Source: Patescibacteria group bacterium (GTDB lineage Bacteria; Patescibacteriota; Kazan-3B-28). Taken from it: DNA of 64,000 bases. Location of the stretch: contig JBAZNQ010000001.1 in assembly GCA_041649135.1 (NCBI GenBank), positions 291,037-355,036 of the forward strand. The letters run 5' to 3'. Below, piece after piece: positions 49,383 through 59,148 of the stretch (the stretch's first letter is position 1; each line of letters opens with the position of its first letter). The notes beneath the pieces are model-generated. The model did not search any database. It worked only from the letters and a program-made list of their open reading frames with translations, and was not told where the DNA came from. A program made the position numbers and the translations under genes.

Positions 49383-49850
49383 TTACTTATTGGTCGCTTT
49401 GCGACCAATAAGTTTCTGTATTTCCTTTTCAAAAGTCTCCAAATCAGTAAATTTTCGATATACTGCCGCAAACCGAATATATGCCACACTATCTACCTGT
49501 TCCAATTTACTGATTACGATTTCGCCGATCTCCGCCGAATTAACTTCTTCACGATTCAATTCGTAAACTGCTCGTTCAATATCATCAATTACTTTTTCAA
49601 TATCCGCCGCCGACAAAGGCCGTTTGTAAAACGCTTTATAAATTCCGGCTGACAATTTGTCTCTCTCGAACAACTCTCGCGAACTATCTTTTTTTATTAC
49701 CATCAATCTCGGCTGTTCTGCCCGCTCATAAGTCGTGAATCTAAAATTACACTTCACGCATTCCCGTCGCCGCCGAACACTTGCATGATCCTCCGCAATT
49801 CGAGAATCAATTACCGCGCTTTCTAATTCACCACATTGTGGACAACGCAT
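49383..49850 (-). CDS. nrdR: transcriptional repressor NrdR
   Basis: MRCPQCG...CVKCNFRFTTYE zinc ribbon plus an ATP-cone. Confidence 0.85.
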   Translation of the reverse strand: MRCPQCGELESAVIDSRIAEDHASVRRRRECVKCNFRFTTYERAEQPRLMVIKKDSSRELFERDKLSAGIYKAFYKRPLSAADIEKVIDDIERAVYELNREEVNSAEIGEIVISKLEQVDSVAYIRFAAVYRKFTDLETFEKEIQKLIGRKATNK

Positions 49851-50278
49851 CGGACTAGTTAAAAGTTAAAAGTTATAAGTGATAAGTTATGGTGGTTCTG
49901 CTTTTGCAGCAGAACTATGATCATTGCTAATTATTAATTTGACCTTCCTTCACTTATCACCTGTCACCTATCACTTGTCACTCCCCACCGTATCTTGTAT
50001 TCGCAAGACTAATCGTACCCCTATATCTAGTATTCCCCGAAACCCGCTCTGCCACGTGGATACCCTTGCTTTTATCCCCACCCCTAAACAAAATCTCACC
50101 AATTTATCCAATCTTCACCAATCTCACCAATTTAACCTAGTCATTCTGGCAAGCGAAGCGCGACCAGAATCTTATGTCATTGCGAGGAGTCCCGAGATAC
50201 CGAGGGATGACGAAGCAATCTCCCCTCCCAAAATCTCTGCTATACTAAACCCAGCAAAACTTGTACCCGAGGTGTCAG

Positions 50279-50458
50279 ATGGCAACAAACGGTCGCCCCA
50301 ATGAGGAGGAGATCACATCGGCCCAACGCGAAGAAATCGTGCGACTGTTGGAAAAATACACGGGCAGAGGGCTTCTGCACCCCCAAGAACTAGATGGGGT
50401 TGGAAAAGACTGCGCCGAGAGAATGCTCAAACACCTTCGAATGATTGACGCATTGTAA
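50279..50458 (+). CDS. small hypothetical protein (59 aa) in a GC-rich cassette array
   Basis: ATG at 50279 after a tatact box, followed by a hairpin and T-run. Confidence 0.35.
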   Translation: MATNGRPNEEEITSAQREEIVRLLEKYTGRGLLHPQELDGVGKDCAERMLKHLRMIDAL

Positions 50459-50588
50459 GCCACAGCCACCGCCACTCCATCATCCGCCCGTGCGTTCTTA
50501 TCCGCTCGGGCTTTTTCTTGTCCAGATTGACTTTTTCTCTGCCTAGCCTAGAATGCCAATGAATAAACTTGTACCAAGGAGTCTCGTT

Positions 50589-50873
50589 ATGGCAATAGTC
50601 GACATATCCAACCCAGACGGGGATCCGATGATAGCTCTGCAAATCCTGTTCCAACACACCATTGCGGACACAATTACTCATCCGGGGTTTAGCTGGGAAA
50701 AGCAACTCGGCCTTGTGATAGAGCACTTCCGCAAGCAGTCGGAAACAATAACCCAGCTCACCACACAAATCCAAGAGCTCCGACGCGATCTCGGTGCGAT
50801 GGGTCAGCACTGCCAAAACCATAAACCTGAAGTTTATGGTCCGCTATCCCCCCTCGATGACAGCGGCATCTAG
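50589..50873 (+). CDS. small hypothetical protein (94 aa) in a GC-rich cassette array
   Basis: aggag RBS 7 nt upstream; own TTGACT-N16-TAGAAT promoter and terminator. Confidence 0.35.
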   Translation: MAIVDISNPDGDPMIALQILFQHTIADTITHPGFSWEKQLGLVIEHFRKQSETITQLTTQIQELRRDLGAMGQHCQNHKPEVYGPLSPLDDSGI

Positions 50874-50972
50874 CCACCAACAAGAGCACCTCATGCCCGC
50901 GCGCTCCATCCGCCCGGGCTTTTTCTTTGATGCTACAATAGAGCCATCAATCTTGTACCCAATGGAGCATAC

Positions 50973-51233
50973 ATGGGAGACGCCAACACTCCACCTCGTC
51001 TCACGAAGAAGGAAAAACAAGCCAGATATCTGGCTTGGCTCAATCGGTCTGCGGAAGCCAAAGAGCTAAGACGCAGACTGCGCAAAACGGTTGCGTCATG
51101 GCTAGCCGAATTGCCTTCGGATGAGCAACGCAAAGAAGCTGCCGTTCTCATTCAAGCAAGGTACAACTTCGACGAGCTTCCGGAGTCCCACCTTTACCCA
51201 TTAGCCGATCTCGAGCACAGCCTCTCGGCGTAG
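50973..51233 (+). CDS. small hypothetical basic protein (86 aa) in a GC-rich cassette array
   Basis: ggag RBS, preceded and followed by the conserved hairpin-T-run module. Confidence 0.35.
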   Translation: MGDANTPPRLTKKEKQARYLAWLNRSAEAKELRRRLRKTVASWLAELPSDEQRKEAAVLIQARYNFDELPESHLYPLADLEHSLSA

Positions 51234-51360
51234 AGAAGGGATACATCATCGCACAAGCCCGCGCGCTTCCCGCTCGGGCTTTTTCTTTTCCAGATTGACT
51301 TTCTCTCTGCCCCATCCTACATTACCAGTAAGTAGAAAATCGTACCCAGAGGAAAACCTA

Positions 51361-51477
51361 TGAACAAATGCTTTGCTGATTGGCTGTTGTTGGCGGGAGG
51401 CATTGCGTTAGTAATAGTCATGCTCCTCGCCGACACCTCACAATGGCCATCATGGGGGCTGACACCACCCATGTAGA
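51361..51477 (+). CDS. putative 38-aa membrane peptide
   Basis: MNKCFADWLLLAGGIALVIVMLLADTSQWPSWGLTPPM, own promoter-like box and terminator module. Confidence 0.2.
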
Positions 51478-51530
51478 ACAGTCACCCAGTTGGTCACCCA
51501 TCCCGCCCGACTCTCGTCGGGCTTTTTCTT

Positions 51531-51720
51531 GTCCCCATTCCCCCTCCGCCATTGGAGCTTGAGCGTCCTGAATCAGTAAAATCCCTCCAATCAGCGTGCC
51601 CATGTTTGAGGAGCTTTAGCTCCGAGTTTGGCGATAAGCAGATGGGGAGGATTTTACTAGATTCAGAGTCGAAAGCGACTGGCGGGAACTTTTGCGTTAC
51701 TTTTCTAGAAAAGTAACCGC
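51531..51720. ncRNA. conserved ~185-nt structured element, copy 1 (candidate ncRNA or mobile-element end)
   Basis: More than 90% identical to 58441-58625 and 63166-63345. Long-range helix cctgaatcagtaaaatccctcc / ggaggattttactagattcag and a perfect local hairpin gttacttttctagaaaagtaac. Confidence 0.4.
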
Positions 51721-51966
51721 CATGCCAAGCGCGGCGAGAGTGCTTGAAAAGAAACATAAAAATGGATTCCCGCCTACGCGGGAATGACAAAAAAGAATAA
51801 GAAAAAATAAACAATGCCCCGCCATTACTGGCGGGGCATCGCTTGGTTTATTTATTTTAGAGGTGGAGATGGGAGCAGGTCAGCTTGGTTTCAATTTATT
51901 GAAACTCGGGCTTCCCGACTGACCGTTGAGGGAAGAACACACCTCCGTTCTTCCCTCAAGAGCTAG

Positions 51967-53076
51967 TTATTTCATTTTTTTCCGTATAAACGCCGGCACA
52001 TCCAATTCATCTTTTTCATCTTCTCGGCTGTCTTGCCGTGTTGTTGTTGCCGCTGGTTTCTCTGCCATCTTCCGACGCTGAATGTAGGATTCATCAAATC
52101 CGGTAGCAATTACCGTAATTTTAATTTCACCCTGCATCGCCTCATCCACTACCGCACCAAAGATGATGTTAGAATCCGGATCAGATGCTTCGGTAATTAC
52201 CCGAGCCGCTTCGTCAATTTCATACATCGACATATCCGGTCCACCAGTAATGTTAAACAGAATTCCTTTGGCTCCGTCAATTGACAGCTCCAATAGCGGT
52301 GAATCGATTGCCATCTTCGCCGCTTCCAGCGCCCGATTATCACCCGTACCGCGTCCAATTCCCATCAAAGCGCTTCCGGCATTCTGCATGATCGTTTTAA
52401 CGTCAGCAAAGTCGACGTTAATCATTCCATGCATGGTGATCAAATCGGAGATACCCTGCACACCTTGGCGCAGAATATCATCAACTACCGAGAAAGCATC
52501 ATAGAGTGATGTTTTCTTATCGATTACTTGAAGTAAACGGTCATTAGGAATTGTGATTAAGGTATCCACTCTGCTCTGTAACTCCGAGATACCTTCTTCA
52601 CCGACCTTTTTGCGCCGCATACCCTCGAACGAGAACGGTTTCGTCACTACCGCGACTGTTAACGCGCCTAACTCTCTGGCAATTTCTGCCACAATTGGTG
52701 CCGCACCAGTTCCGGTGCCACCACCCATGCCGCAGGTAACAAATACCATGTCGGCATCTTTCAGCGCTGTATAAATCGCTTCCTTATCTTCCTCCGCTGA
52801 TTTCCGCCCCAGCTCAGGGTCCGAGCCGGCGCCAAGGCCACGTGTTGTGGTCTGGCCAATCTGAACCCTAACAGGCGCATCATTGTGATGCAAATCCTGC
52901 GCGTCTGTGTTGATCGCGACGAACTCCACCCCTTTGATCCTAGATTGGATCATTCGGTTCACCGCGTGGCAGCCGGAGCCGCCCACACCGACAACCTTAA
53001 TGCGCGCAAACACATCCTCCTCGTCAAACGAGTCGGAAGTAAGTCCTGCGCTCATGGTTCTTTTTTTGGTTGCCAT
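51967..53076 (-). CDS. ftsZ: cell division GTPase FtsZ
   Basis: GVGGGGCNA-like GGGTGTG tubulin signature ([12 protein letters not shown]). Confidence 0.9.
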   Translation of the reverse strand: MATKKRTMSAGLTSDSFDEEDVFARIKVVGVGGSGCHAVNRMIQSRIKGVEFVAINTDAQDLHHNDAPVRVQIGQTTTRGLGAGSDPELGRKSAEEDKEAIYTALKDADMVFVTCGMGGGTGTGAAPIVAEIARELGALTVAVVTKPFSFEGMRRKKVGEEGISELQSRVDTLITIPNDRLLQVIDKKTSLYDAFSVVDDILRQGVQGISDLITMHGMINVDFADVKTIMQNAGSALMGIGRGTGDNRALEAAKMAIDSPLLELSIDGAKGILFNITGGPDMSMYEIDEAARVITEASDPDSNIIFGAVVDEAMQGEIKITVIATGFDESYIQRRKMAEKPAATTTRQDSREDEKDELDVPAFIRKKMK

Positions 53077-53289
53077 TATCCTCCTAAATCGACCTCCTTT
53101 AACCCAAACTAATATATGTGCTAGTAAACATCAGCTTACAGCCTAATATTGTAGAAACCGCGAGTCGACTATGTCAAACTCCCGGAACTCTTCCCCACCC
53201 CTCGCAGATCCCCCGACTCCGTCCTTCGTAGCTTTAGCGAAGTAGGAAGCTTTAGCGTAGGGGGACAAATTCCGCTCCCAGAGCAGAAC

Positions 53290-54510
53290 TTATTTGGTGA
53301 AGATGTTTTTTATCCGAGACACGATTGCCGAAAAATCCAATGTCGGAAAATTCGTTCGGCTATCCTCCTCGTCCATTCCCCACAGCATCAACCCAACCGC
53401 GGTCGCGTACCGAGGGTCATCCAGCTTGTCAACCATCCCCTTTAATTCGACTGGGAAACCCAGCTGTGCTGGCAGACCCAAGTGATCCTTAGCGGCTTCC
53501 ACAATGCCGTCAAGTTTCGCTCCTCCGCCTACTAACACCGCTCCGGCTGGTAACATGCCGTCGCGACCGACTTTACGCAATTCCGACTTAACCATCAAAA
53601 ATAATTCCGCTAATCTTGCTTCAATAATTTCCGCAATGTATCGTCTGGAAACTACCTGTTCTTCATCCCGATCAAATTTTGATAAATCAATTGTGTCTTT
53701 ATCCGATAACATTACCGGACTGGCTACTCCGTATTCCAATTTAATTTTTTCCGCTACATCTAAAGACGCTCTTAAACCTATCGCGATATCAGAAGTAATA
53801 TGATCCGAACCAATCGGTAAAACCGCCGAATGATAAATTTCGCCTTCTTCAAATACCACCATGCCGGTCGTACCGGCTCCAATGTCGATCAAAACCACCC
53901 CCAATTCTTTTTGCTTCTTTGATAACACCGCCTTGGCTGCTGCCAATGGCGCTAATACAAAACCCGCCACAGCTACTCCTGCCTGTTCAGCTGTTTTCCG
54001 CAAATTTTTAATAAATGGAGTTGAGCCAGTGATGACATGAGCGTCCACTTCCAGTCTGGCGCCGGCCATCCCGATCGGATCTTTAATCCCTTCCTGACCA
54101 TCAACCATAAACATCTTCGGGATCACATGTAAAATTTCTCGGTTCACTCCCACCGGTACTGATTGCGCAGTTTCGATCACTCGCACCACATCTTCATGTA
54201 CGATTTCTTCACGGCCTCTGGGGATGGCGATCAAACCTTTATTATTAGTCGCGTTCACATGTTCACCAGCGATCGACAAAAATACTGCTTCAGCTGGAAG
54301 CCCCGCCATCCGTTCCGCTTCTTCTACTGAACCGGCAATTGCTGACACCGCTTCTTCCACATCCGTTACCACCCCGCGACGCATTCCGGAACCACTCCGA
54401 ATACTCACTCCCACGACACTGGGGTGCGTTTCACCTTCGGCGCGATGGCCAATTACTGTCACTACCTTTGAATCGCCGATGTCTATACCAACAGAAATCT
54501 TTTCTTTCAC
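53290..54510 (-). CDS. ftsA: cell division protein FtsA
   Basis: Actin-like ATPase motifs (DIGDSKV..., GGGAKL); lies upstream of ftsZ. Confidence 0.85.
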   Translation of the reverse strand: MKEKISVGIDIGDSKVVTVIGHRAEGETHPSVVGVSIRSGSGMRRGVVTDVEEAVSAIAGSVEEAERMAGLPAEAVFLSIAGEHVNATNNKGLIAIPRGREEIVHEDVVRVIETAQSVPVGVNREILHVIPKMFMVDGQEGIKDPIGMAGARLEVDAHVITGSTPFIKNLRKTAEQAGVAVAGFVLAPLAAAKAVLSKKQKELGVVLIDIGAGTTGMVVFEEGEIYHSAVLPIGSDHITSDIAIGLRASLDVAEKIKLEYGVASPVMLSDKDTIDLSKFDRDEEQVVSRRYIAEIIEARLAELFLMVKSELRKVGRDGMLPAGAVLVGGGAKLDGIVEAAKDHLGLPAQLGFPVELKGMVDKLDDPRYATAVGLMLWGMDEEDSRTNFPTLDFSAIVSRIKNIFTK

Positions 54511-54717
54511 CTGACTGTTATCCCCTTTAAAATTCTAAATTTCATAAATTGGTTAGATTCTTGTGGTGGATTTTACTCCTAAACCAGACTGATCTGGCAA
54601 TGAAACTCACCACAAGTCTGTCCCCATTCTAGCTCAAACCTGTTGCTTGGGAAACCAAAATATCAGACCCCAAGATACCGAAGGGAACGTCTCAACCAAT
54701 AAACCGCACCCAGTCAG

Positions 54718-55185
54718 CTATTCTGACAATACCAGCTCGATTACTTTGTCCTCCAGCCCCTCCATCCTCACTGTTTGGCTTTTGGTCTTGTGATGTATCC
54801 CCGCCAAATGCAATAACCCGTGAGTCAGCAGGTGTACGAATTTCTCTTTATCGGACACTTTTTCAGCTTTGGCATCTTTCTTTAATTGAGCACGTGAGAT
54901 AAAAATATCTCCGATATAATTTTTGTCATCGGCAGTTTGAAATTCTTTTGGCGTAGTTTCGTTATAGGCAAATGACAAAATATTCGTCGACTTATCTATA
55001 CCACGATGTTTTTTATTCAAATCCCGCATCTGTGCATCAGTTGTCATCACCAATCCCGCTTCACTCTCGGGATCTAATTTTGTCAGACTGACCACTATCT
55101 CAAATACAAATTGGATGAGCTCGTCATCCACTCCTTCCAAACCGTAGTCACCATAACCAACATAAACGTGGGCCATTTTAGCCAA
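54718..55185 (-). CDS. ybeY: rRNA maturation endoribonuclease YbeY
   Basis: HGLLHLAGIHH zinc-binding motif. Confidence 0.85.
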   Translation of the reverse strand: MAKMAHVYVGYGDYGLEGVDDELIQFVFEIVVSLTKLDPESEAGLVMTTDAQMRDLNKKHRGIDKSTNILSFAYNETTPKEFQTADDKNYIGDIFISRAQLKKDAKAEKVSDKEKFVHLLTHGLLHLAGIHHKTKSQTVRMEGLEDKVIELVLSE

Positions 55186-55621
55186 TCTTCTCCTTAACTA
55201 ATTTGGCGATCAACCCACCATCCGCCTTGCCATCTGACCGCTTCTTTACTTCACCGATAATCGCCCCCATATTTGCCGTTCCCATCTCGCTCACTACTGC
55301 GTCCACGATCACTTTTACCTCCGCCTCACCCATTTCTTCTGGCAAATATGTCGACAGTAATTTCAGCTCCTGTTCCTCCTTTTCTTGCAGTTCAGCCCGA
55401 CCAGCTGTTTTGTAAATTTCGATCGCCTCCTGACGTTTTTTCACTTCCCGTTTTACTACTGCCTGATAATCTTTGTCTTCTAATTGCGTTTGCCCAGCCC
55501 CCCGCTTTTCAATCTCCATATTGCCAAAAGCCGCCAACAGCATTCGCAAAGTTGAAAGCCGTTCGGTATCACCCGCCTTCATCGCTTCCTTAATTTCAGT
55601 TGTAATTTGATCCTTCAGCAT
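55178..55621 (-). CDS. GatB/YqeY domain protein
   Basis: MLKDQITTEIKEAMKAGD...LSTLRMLLAA, typical YqeY. Confidence 0.75.
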   Translation of the reverse strand: MLKDQITTEIKEAMKAGDTERLSTLRMLLAAFGNMEIEKRGAGQTQLEDKDYQAVVKREVKKRQEAIEIYKTAGRAELQEKEEQELKLLSTYLPEEMGEAEVKVIVDAVVSEMGTANMGAIIGEVKKRSDGKADGGLIAKLVKEKIG

Positions 55622-55624
55622 AAA

Positions 55625-56040
55625 ATTCTAAATTCGAAACTCTAAATCCCAAACAAATTATAAATTACAATGTTCCAAACTTCTTCTTTCGTCATTCTGG
55701 GAATTCTGCCGTATGGCAGAAGACGCCAGAATCTTATTCGATTAGTCATTCTTTTCCCCTTCGTCATTCTGGGGGGGATGAGATGACTCCAGCATCTTAT
55801 CAAATAATCCTTCCCGCTCCTTCCTTTGTCATTCCCGCGTAGGCGGGAATCCATTTTTGTCCAGTCATTCTGGCTTGACCAGAATCTTATTAATAATTAT
55901 TTCCTACGATTCTGGATGCGGTTGCCACGGCGACCTTACCAGAATGACGGTCTTTTTGTTTTTGTCTTTACCCCTAGATACTAGATACTGAATACTAGAT
56001 ACTGACTTATGTTTCGGATTTCGGGTTTCGGATTTGATGC
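55625..56040. repeat. composite intergenic repeat (several GTCATTC...GAATGAC palindromes, a TTCTGCC-N4-GGCAGAA hairpin and a (TTTCGGA)n arm)
   Basis: Shares the ggatgcggt(c/t)gccacggcgaccttaccagaatgacggtc sub-module with 40500-40550. Confidence 0.6.
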
Positions 56041-56243
56041 TAATACAATTCTTTCTGTTTCTGAACACGAATTTTTTCGCGTCTAAGCGCTGAATCCTTC
56101 AAATCCCGCTTTGAAGTTGGTTTGGCAAAAAAACGACGTTCCTTATACTCAACCAAAACTTTGCTGGACATCACCATCCGATTGAACCGCCGCAGCATGG
56201 CGTCGAAGCTCTCCCGTTCTTTACGTTTAACGAATGTAGACAT
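56040..56243 (-). CDS. rpsU: 30S ribosomal protein S21
   Basis: MSTFVKRKERESFDAMLRRFNR... The start was moved to the ATG at 56241-56243. Confidence 0.8.
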   Translation of the reverse strand: MSTFVKRKERESFDAMLRRFNRMVMSSKVLVEYKERRFFAKPTSKRDLKDSALRREKIRVQKQKELY

Positions 56244-56535
56244 AAATAAATACCTGCCTTCCCTTGTCTCGTCATTCTGGGGAGTTCTGCTGGACAGCAG
56301 AATGACTCCAGAATCTTTCTCCTTTGTCATTGCGAGGAACTTGTGACGAAGCAATCTCCTATGCTAGCCCCTAAATGCTAGACGCTAAAATGTTACCTGC
56401 TTTTATCAGATTAGGCAAGAGCGTTAAAAACTATGAGGGAAGACCGGAGTGTGTTCTCCCCTCATCGAACCGTCGGCAAAAGCCGACCCATAAAGGGCTA
56501 GCGGTTCTGCTCCCCTCTCCACTTTTTAGACAGGA

Positions 56536-56901
56536 TTACTCCCCGTGACTAAAGTGTTCAATATCCTCATTTAACGGCTGCCCGCCTAACAGATGAATAT
56601 GGAGATACGGCATCGCCTGACCGCCCCACTTCCCCACATTGATTGTCAGCCGATAACCATTCTCCGCGATTCCCGCTTCTTCAGCCAATAGTTTCGCCCG
56701 ATAAACCATTCTGCCTATCAGCTCCGCATCCCCCACCTCCATGTGAGCCACGCTCTGGATCGGCTTTTTCGGCAGTATCAAAATGTGGGTAGGGGCAGAG
56801 GGGTTGATATCATCAAACGCCAGTATCTCACTATCTTCATACCGAACCATATTTGGCCGAATCTCTCCCTTCGCAAACTTGTAAAAAATATTATCTTCCA
56901 T
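56536..56901 (-). CDS. HIT-family (histidine triad) hydrolase
   Basis: HIHLLGG histidine triad. Confidence 0.8.
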   Translation of the reverse strand: MEDNIFYKFAKGEIRPNMVRYEDSEILAFDDINPSAPTHILILPKKPIQSVAHMEVGDAELIGRMVYRAKLLAEEAGIAENGYRLTINVGKWGGQAMPYLHIHLLGGQPLNEDIEHFSHGE

Positions 56902-57022
56902 ATCGATATCATATCAAACTCATTTGCTCTATCGGTAAACTCTAGCAATAAAAATGCTCTGGTCGTCTGCTGTAAACAACAGCCGCCAGAGCATTACACA
57001 TCACATCAGTACGTCAATCAGT

Positions 57023-57676
57023 CTAAACTAAGAGCTCCATTGCCCTATCCTCTATCGCTAGCCTTTCGGCTAACTCCACCAGCCGATCTTTTTCAGCCTG
57101 CAACGTCTGACCAATCAGCTGCTCCGGTTGAGCAATGAGTTGCTGCAGTTCTTTTGCCCAACTCGGTGTTTCATCAACCCCCGGTTCATCTCCATCACCA
57201 TCAAAGGTGGTAACTTTCGCAATTTCACCCATGGGATTTGCCTCAAAACCCTCCAGCACCGGCAAGGCTGGTTTATAGCGATATACCAAAACTGGATCAT
57301 CGTCCGGAACGCTGCACTCGACCTCGTCGTCGTCTTCGTGATCAACTGCCCAGTCCTCCCAGTACCAAACTCGGACCTCTCTACCCTCCGGCCGCTCTCC
57401 GGTGTCGTAGAAAGAGAAACCACGAAAACCAAAGAGAAACCAACCAGCTGTCTCACCGAGACGCTCTACGGGTCGCTTCGTAAGATCGCGACCCAGATGA
57501 CGAGTAAACACTTCCACGGCGATGCCCACCTGAAGCAGAAACTCAATCCGTGTCCGAATGAGTTCCTTCAGACCGTCCACTGTCAAATCGCGATACCTTG
57601 CGTAGCGATCCACATCCAAACTCCTTTGCGTACTATAATCAGGGTACGCCCCCAAGATGCCGACAGCATAACCCAA
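57023..57676 (-). CDS. hypothetical protein (GC-rich patch)
   Basis: A 217-aa acidic protein with no recognisable motifs. Confidence 0.4.
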   Translation of the reverse strand: MGYAVGILGAYPDYSTQRSLDVDRYARYRDLTVDGLKELIRTRIEFLLQVGIAVEVFTRHLGRDLTKRPVERLGETAGWFLFGFRGFSFYDTGERPEGREVRVWYWEDWAVDHEDDDEVECSVPDDDPVLVYRYKPALPVLEGFEANPMGEIAKVTTFDGDGDEPGVDETPSWAKELQQLIAQPEQLIGQTLQAEKDRLVELAERLAIEDRAMELLV

Positions 57677-57704
57677 TCACCAACAAATCGCAACTTCGAC
57701 TGAC

Positions 57705-58367
57705 TTAGTCCTCCAAGTTATTCATTGCATTTGCCCAAGCACAAAACGAACAAGTCTTCGCTGCCTCCGGCATTTCATCACTCCTCAATAAATTCACCGC
57801 ATCCTTAAATTTCTGATACGCGTGTTCCGGATTCGTCTTCACCGGTTTTATCGCCACTTCAAACGGAAAGTTTTCATGTAGTTGTCCCGGTGTTGGATAA
57901 TAATAAACCAAATACGCCATATGTTTCGTTGGATATTTATTTTTATCCATCAGAAAATCGTATGTATCCATCTGTAATTGATACATCCATAAAATATCTT
58001 CCTTCGGCGCCGAACCTCTGGTTTTGTGATCTACTGGCGCGTAAGTCCCATCTCCAAAATCCAACGCATCATCCAACTTGCCGCTCAAAATCGCTCGCAA
58101 ATCGTCATCTACATAAGTTAAAGTTTTCGGCAGGGGATTCAACAACACCCCTTCCAGCCTGCCCTCGACAATCGGCGGCAAACTTTCCGTTCCGCGATAT
58201 TCATCAAAATAAACTTTTAACACTCGGTCCATCCCTCCCGGCAATGATGGGAAAATCGAATCCGGCCTCCCGATGCCCTTATTGTGCTTCAGCCAAAAGC
58301 ACCGTGGACACTCCACGAACAAATTCAAGCTTGATGGTGATAACTTAATTCCCTTTTCTTCTGTCAT
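57705..58367 (-). CDS. PD-(D/E)XK nuclease with a four-Cys cluster (Cas4/RecB-like, DUF83-type)
   Basis: N-terminal ECPRCFWL and C-terminal CSFCAWANA cysteines flank a PD-(D/E)XK-like core. No CRISPR array or cas genes lie nearby. Confidence 0.55.
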   Translation of the reverse strand: MTEEKGIKLSPSSLNLFVECPRCFWLKHNKGIGRPDSIFPSLPGGMDRVLKVYFDEYRGTESLPPIVEGRLEGVLLNPLPKTLTYVDDDLRAILSGKLDDALDFGDGTYAPVDHKTRGSAPKEDILWMYQLQMDTYDFLMDKNKYPTKHMAYLVYYYPTPGQLHENFPFEVAIKPVKTNPEHAYQKFKDAVNLLRSDEMPEAAKTCSFCAWANAMNNLED

Positions 58368-58440
58368 ACCGCTATCATACCACTCCGCCCCCTCCCTCCG
58401 GCCATTAGGTGTAGCGTCGTCCTGAAAATGTCCGCCTCCG

Positions 58441-58625
58441 CCGCCATTGGAGCTTGAGCGTCCTGAATCAGTAAAATCCCTCCAATCAGCGTGCCCATGT
58501 TTGAGGAGCGTAGCGACGAGTTTGGTGATAAGCAGATGGGGAGGATTTTACTAGATTCAGAGTCGAAAGCGACTGGCGGAAACTTTTGTGTTACTTTTCT
58601 AGAAAAGTAACCATCGATGAAGCGG
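58441..58625. ncRNA. conserved ~185-nt structured element, copy 2
   Basis: Nucleotide-level conservation with the copies at 51531 and 63166. No conserved reading frame. A partial tandem duplicate of its 5' 30 nt lies immediately upstream (58405-58440). Confidence 0.4.
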
Positions 58626-58712
58626 GATGTGCCGCTTCAACAAAAACAAATTAAAGAAAATGAACCCGTCAGCTGACGAATGACAAACAAATTTAAAAAA
58701 CCTTAAGAAAAA

Positions 58713-59033
58713 CTAAACCAAACTAGAAGCATCAATCTCTTCCCAATCTCCATCATTGTCTTTGTAGACTTTTATCGTCTTCACCATTTCATCGGATGAA
58801 TAAATCTTTTCTATCCCGCTACCGGTTCCGTACTTGCTTCCACCAAAACTTTTCTCACCTATTACTTTTGGCCTAGTCATACGTTCTAACATCATGGTTC
58901 CAATTGGTCCCTCAAATATCACAAACTCCCGTCGCCCATTTGGTACATCTTTTATCTCCTCATCACCTTGTTCCAAGACTCCGAATTGTTCCTGAATTCG
59001 GTCTAACAATATTCCCCACTTATCATCATTCAT
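58713..59033 (-). CDS. hypothetical protein
   Basis: A 106-aa ORF with no recognisable motifs. Confidence 0.4.
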   Translation of the reverse strand: MNDDKWGILLDRIQEQFGVLEQGDEEIKDVPNGRREFVIFEGPIGTMMLERMTRPKVIGEKSFGGSKYGTGSGIEKIYSSDEMVKTIKVYKDNDGDWEEIDASSLV

Positions 59034-59034
59034 T

Positions 59035-59140
59035 TTGCCCTCCGTACTCTGTCATTCCGGACTCGATCCGGAATCTAGACATAAAAAATAAAAATGTTTG
59101 TTTTCTCTTCTAGATCCTGAATCAAGTTCAGGATAACAAA
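59035..59140. repeat. GTCATTCC-palindrome-GGAATC...TTCAGGATAAC repeat copy
   Basis: ctctgtcattccggactcgatccggaatctagacataaaaaataaaaatgtttgttttctcttctagatcctgaatcaagttcaggataac. Confidence 0.55.
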
Positions 59141-59148
59141 TGAAAAAA

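Noticed and set aside
51494-51814. Minus-strand ORFs at 51494-51814 and 63114-63491 sharing ...FSRKVTQKFPPVAF...
   Set aside because: The similarity comes from the nucleotide-level repeat (conserved element copies 1 and 3). The third copy (58441-58625) conserves the DNA but has no ORF in that frame, and the difference between the copies is a compensatory helix change. Non-coding is more parsimonious.
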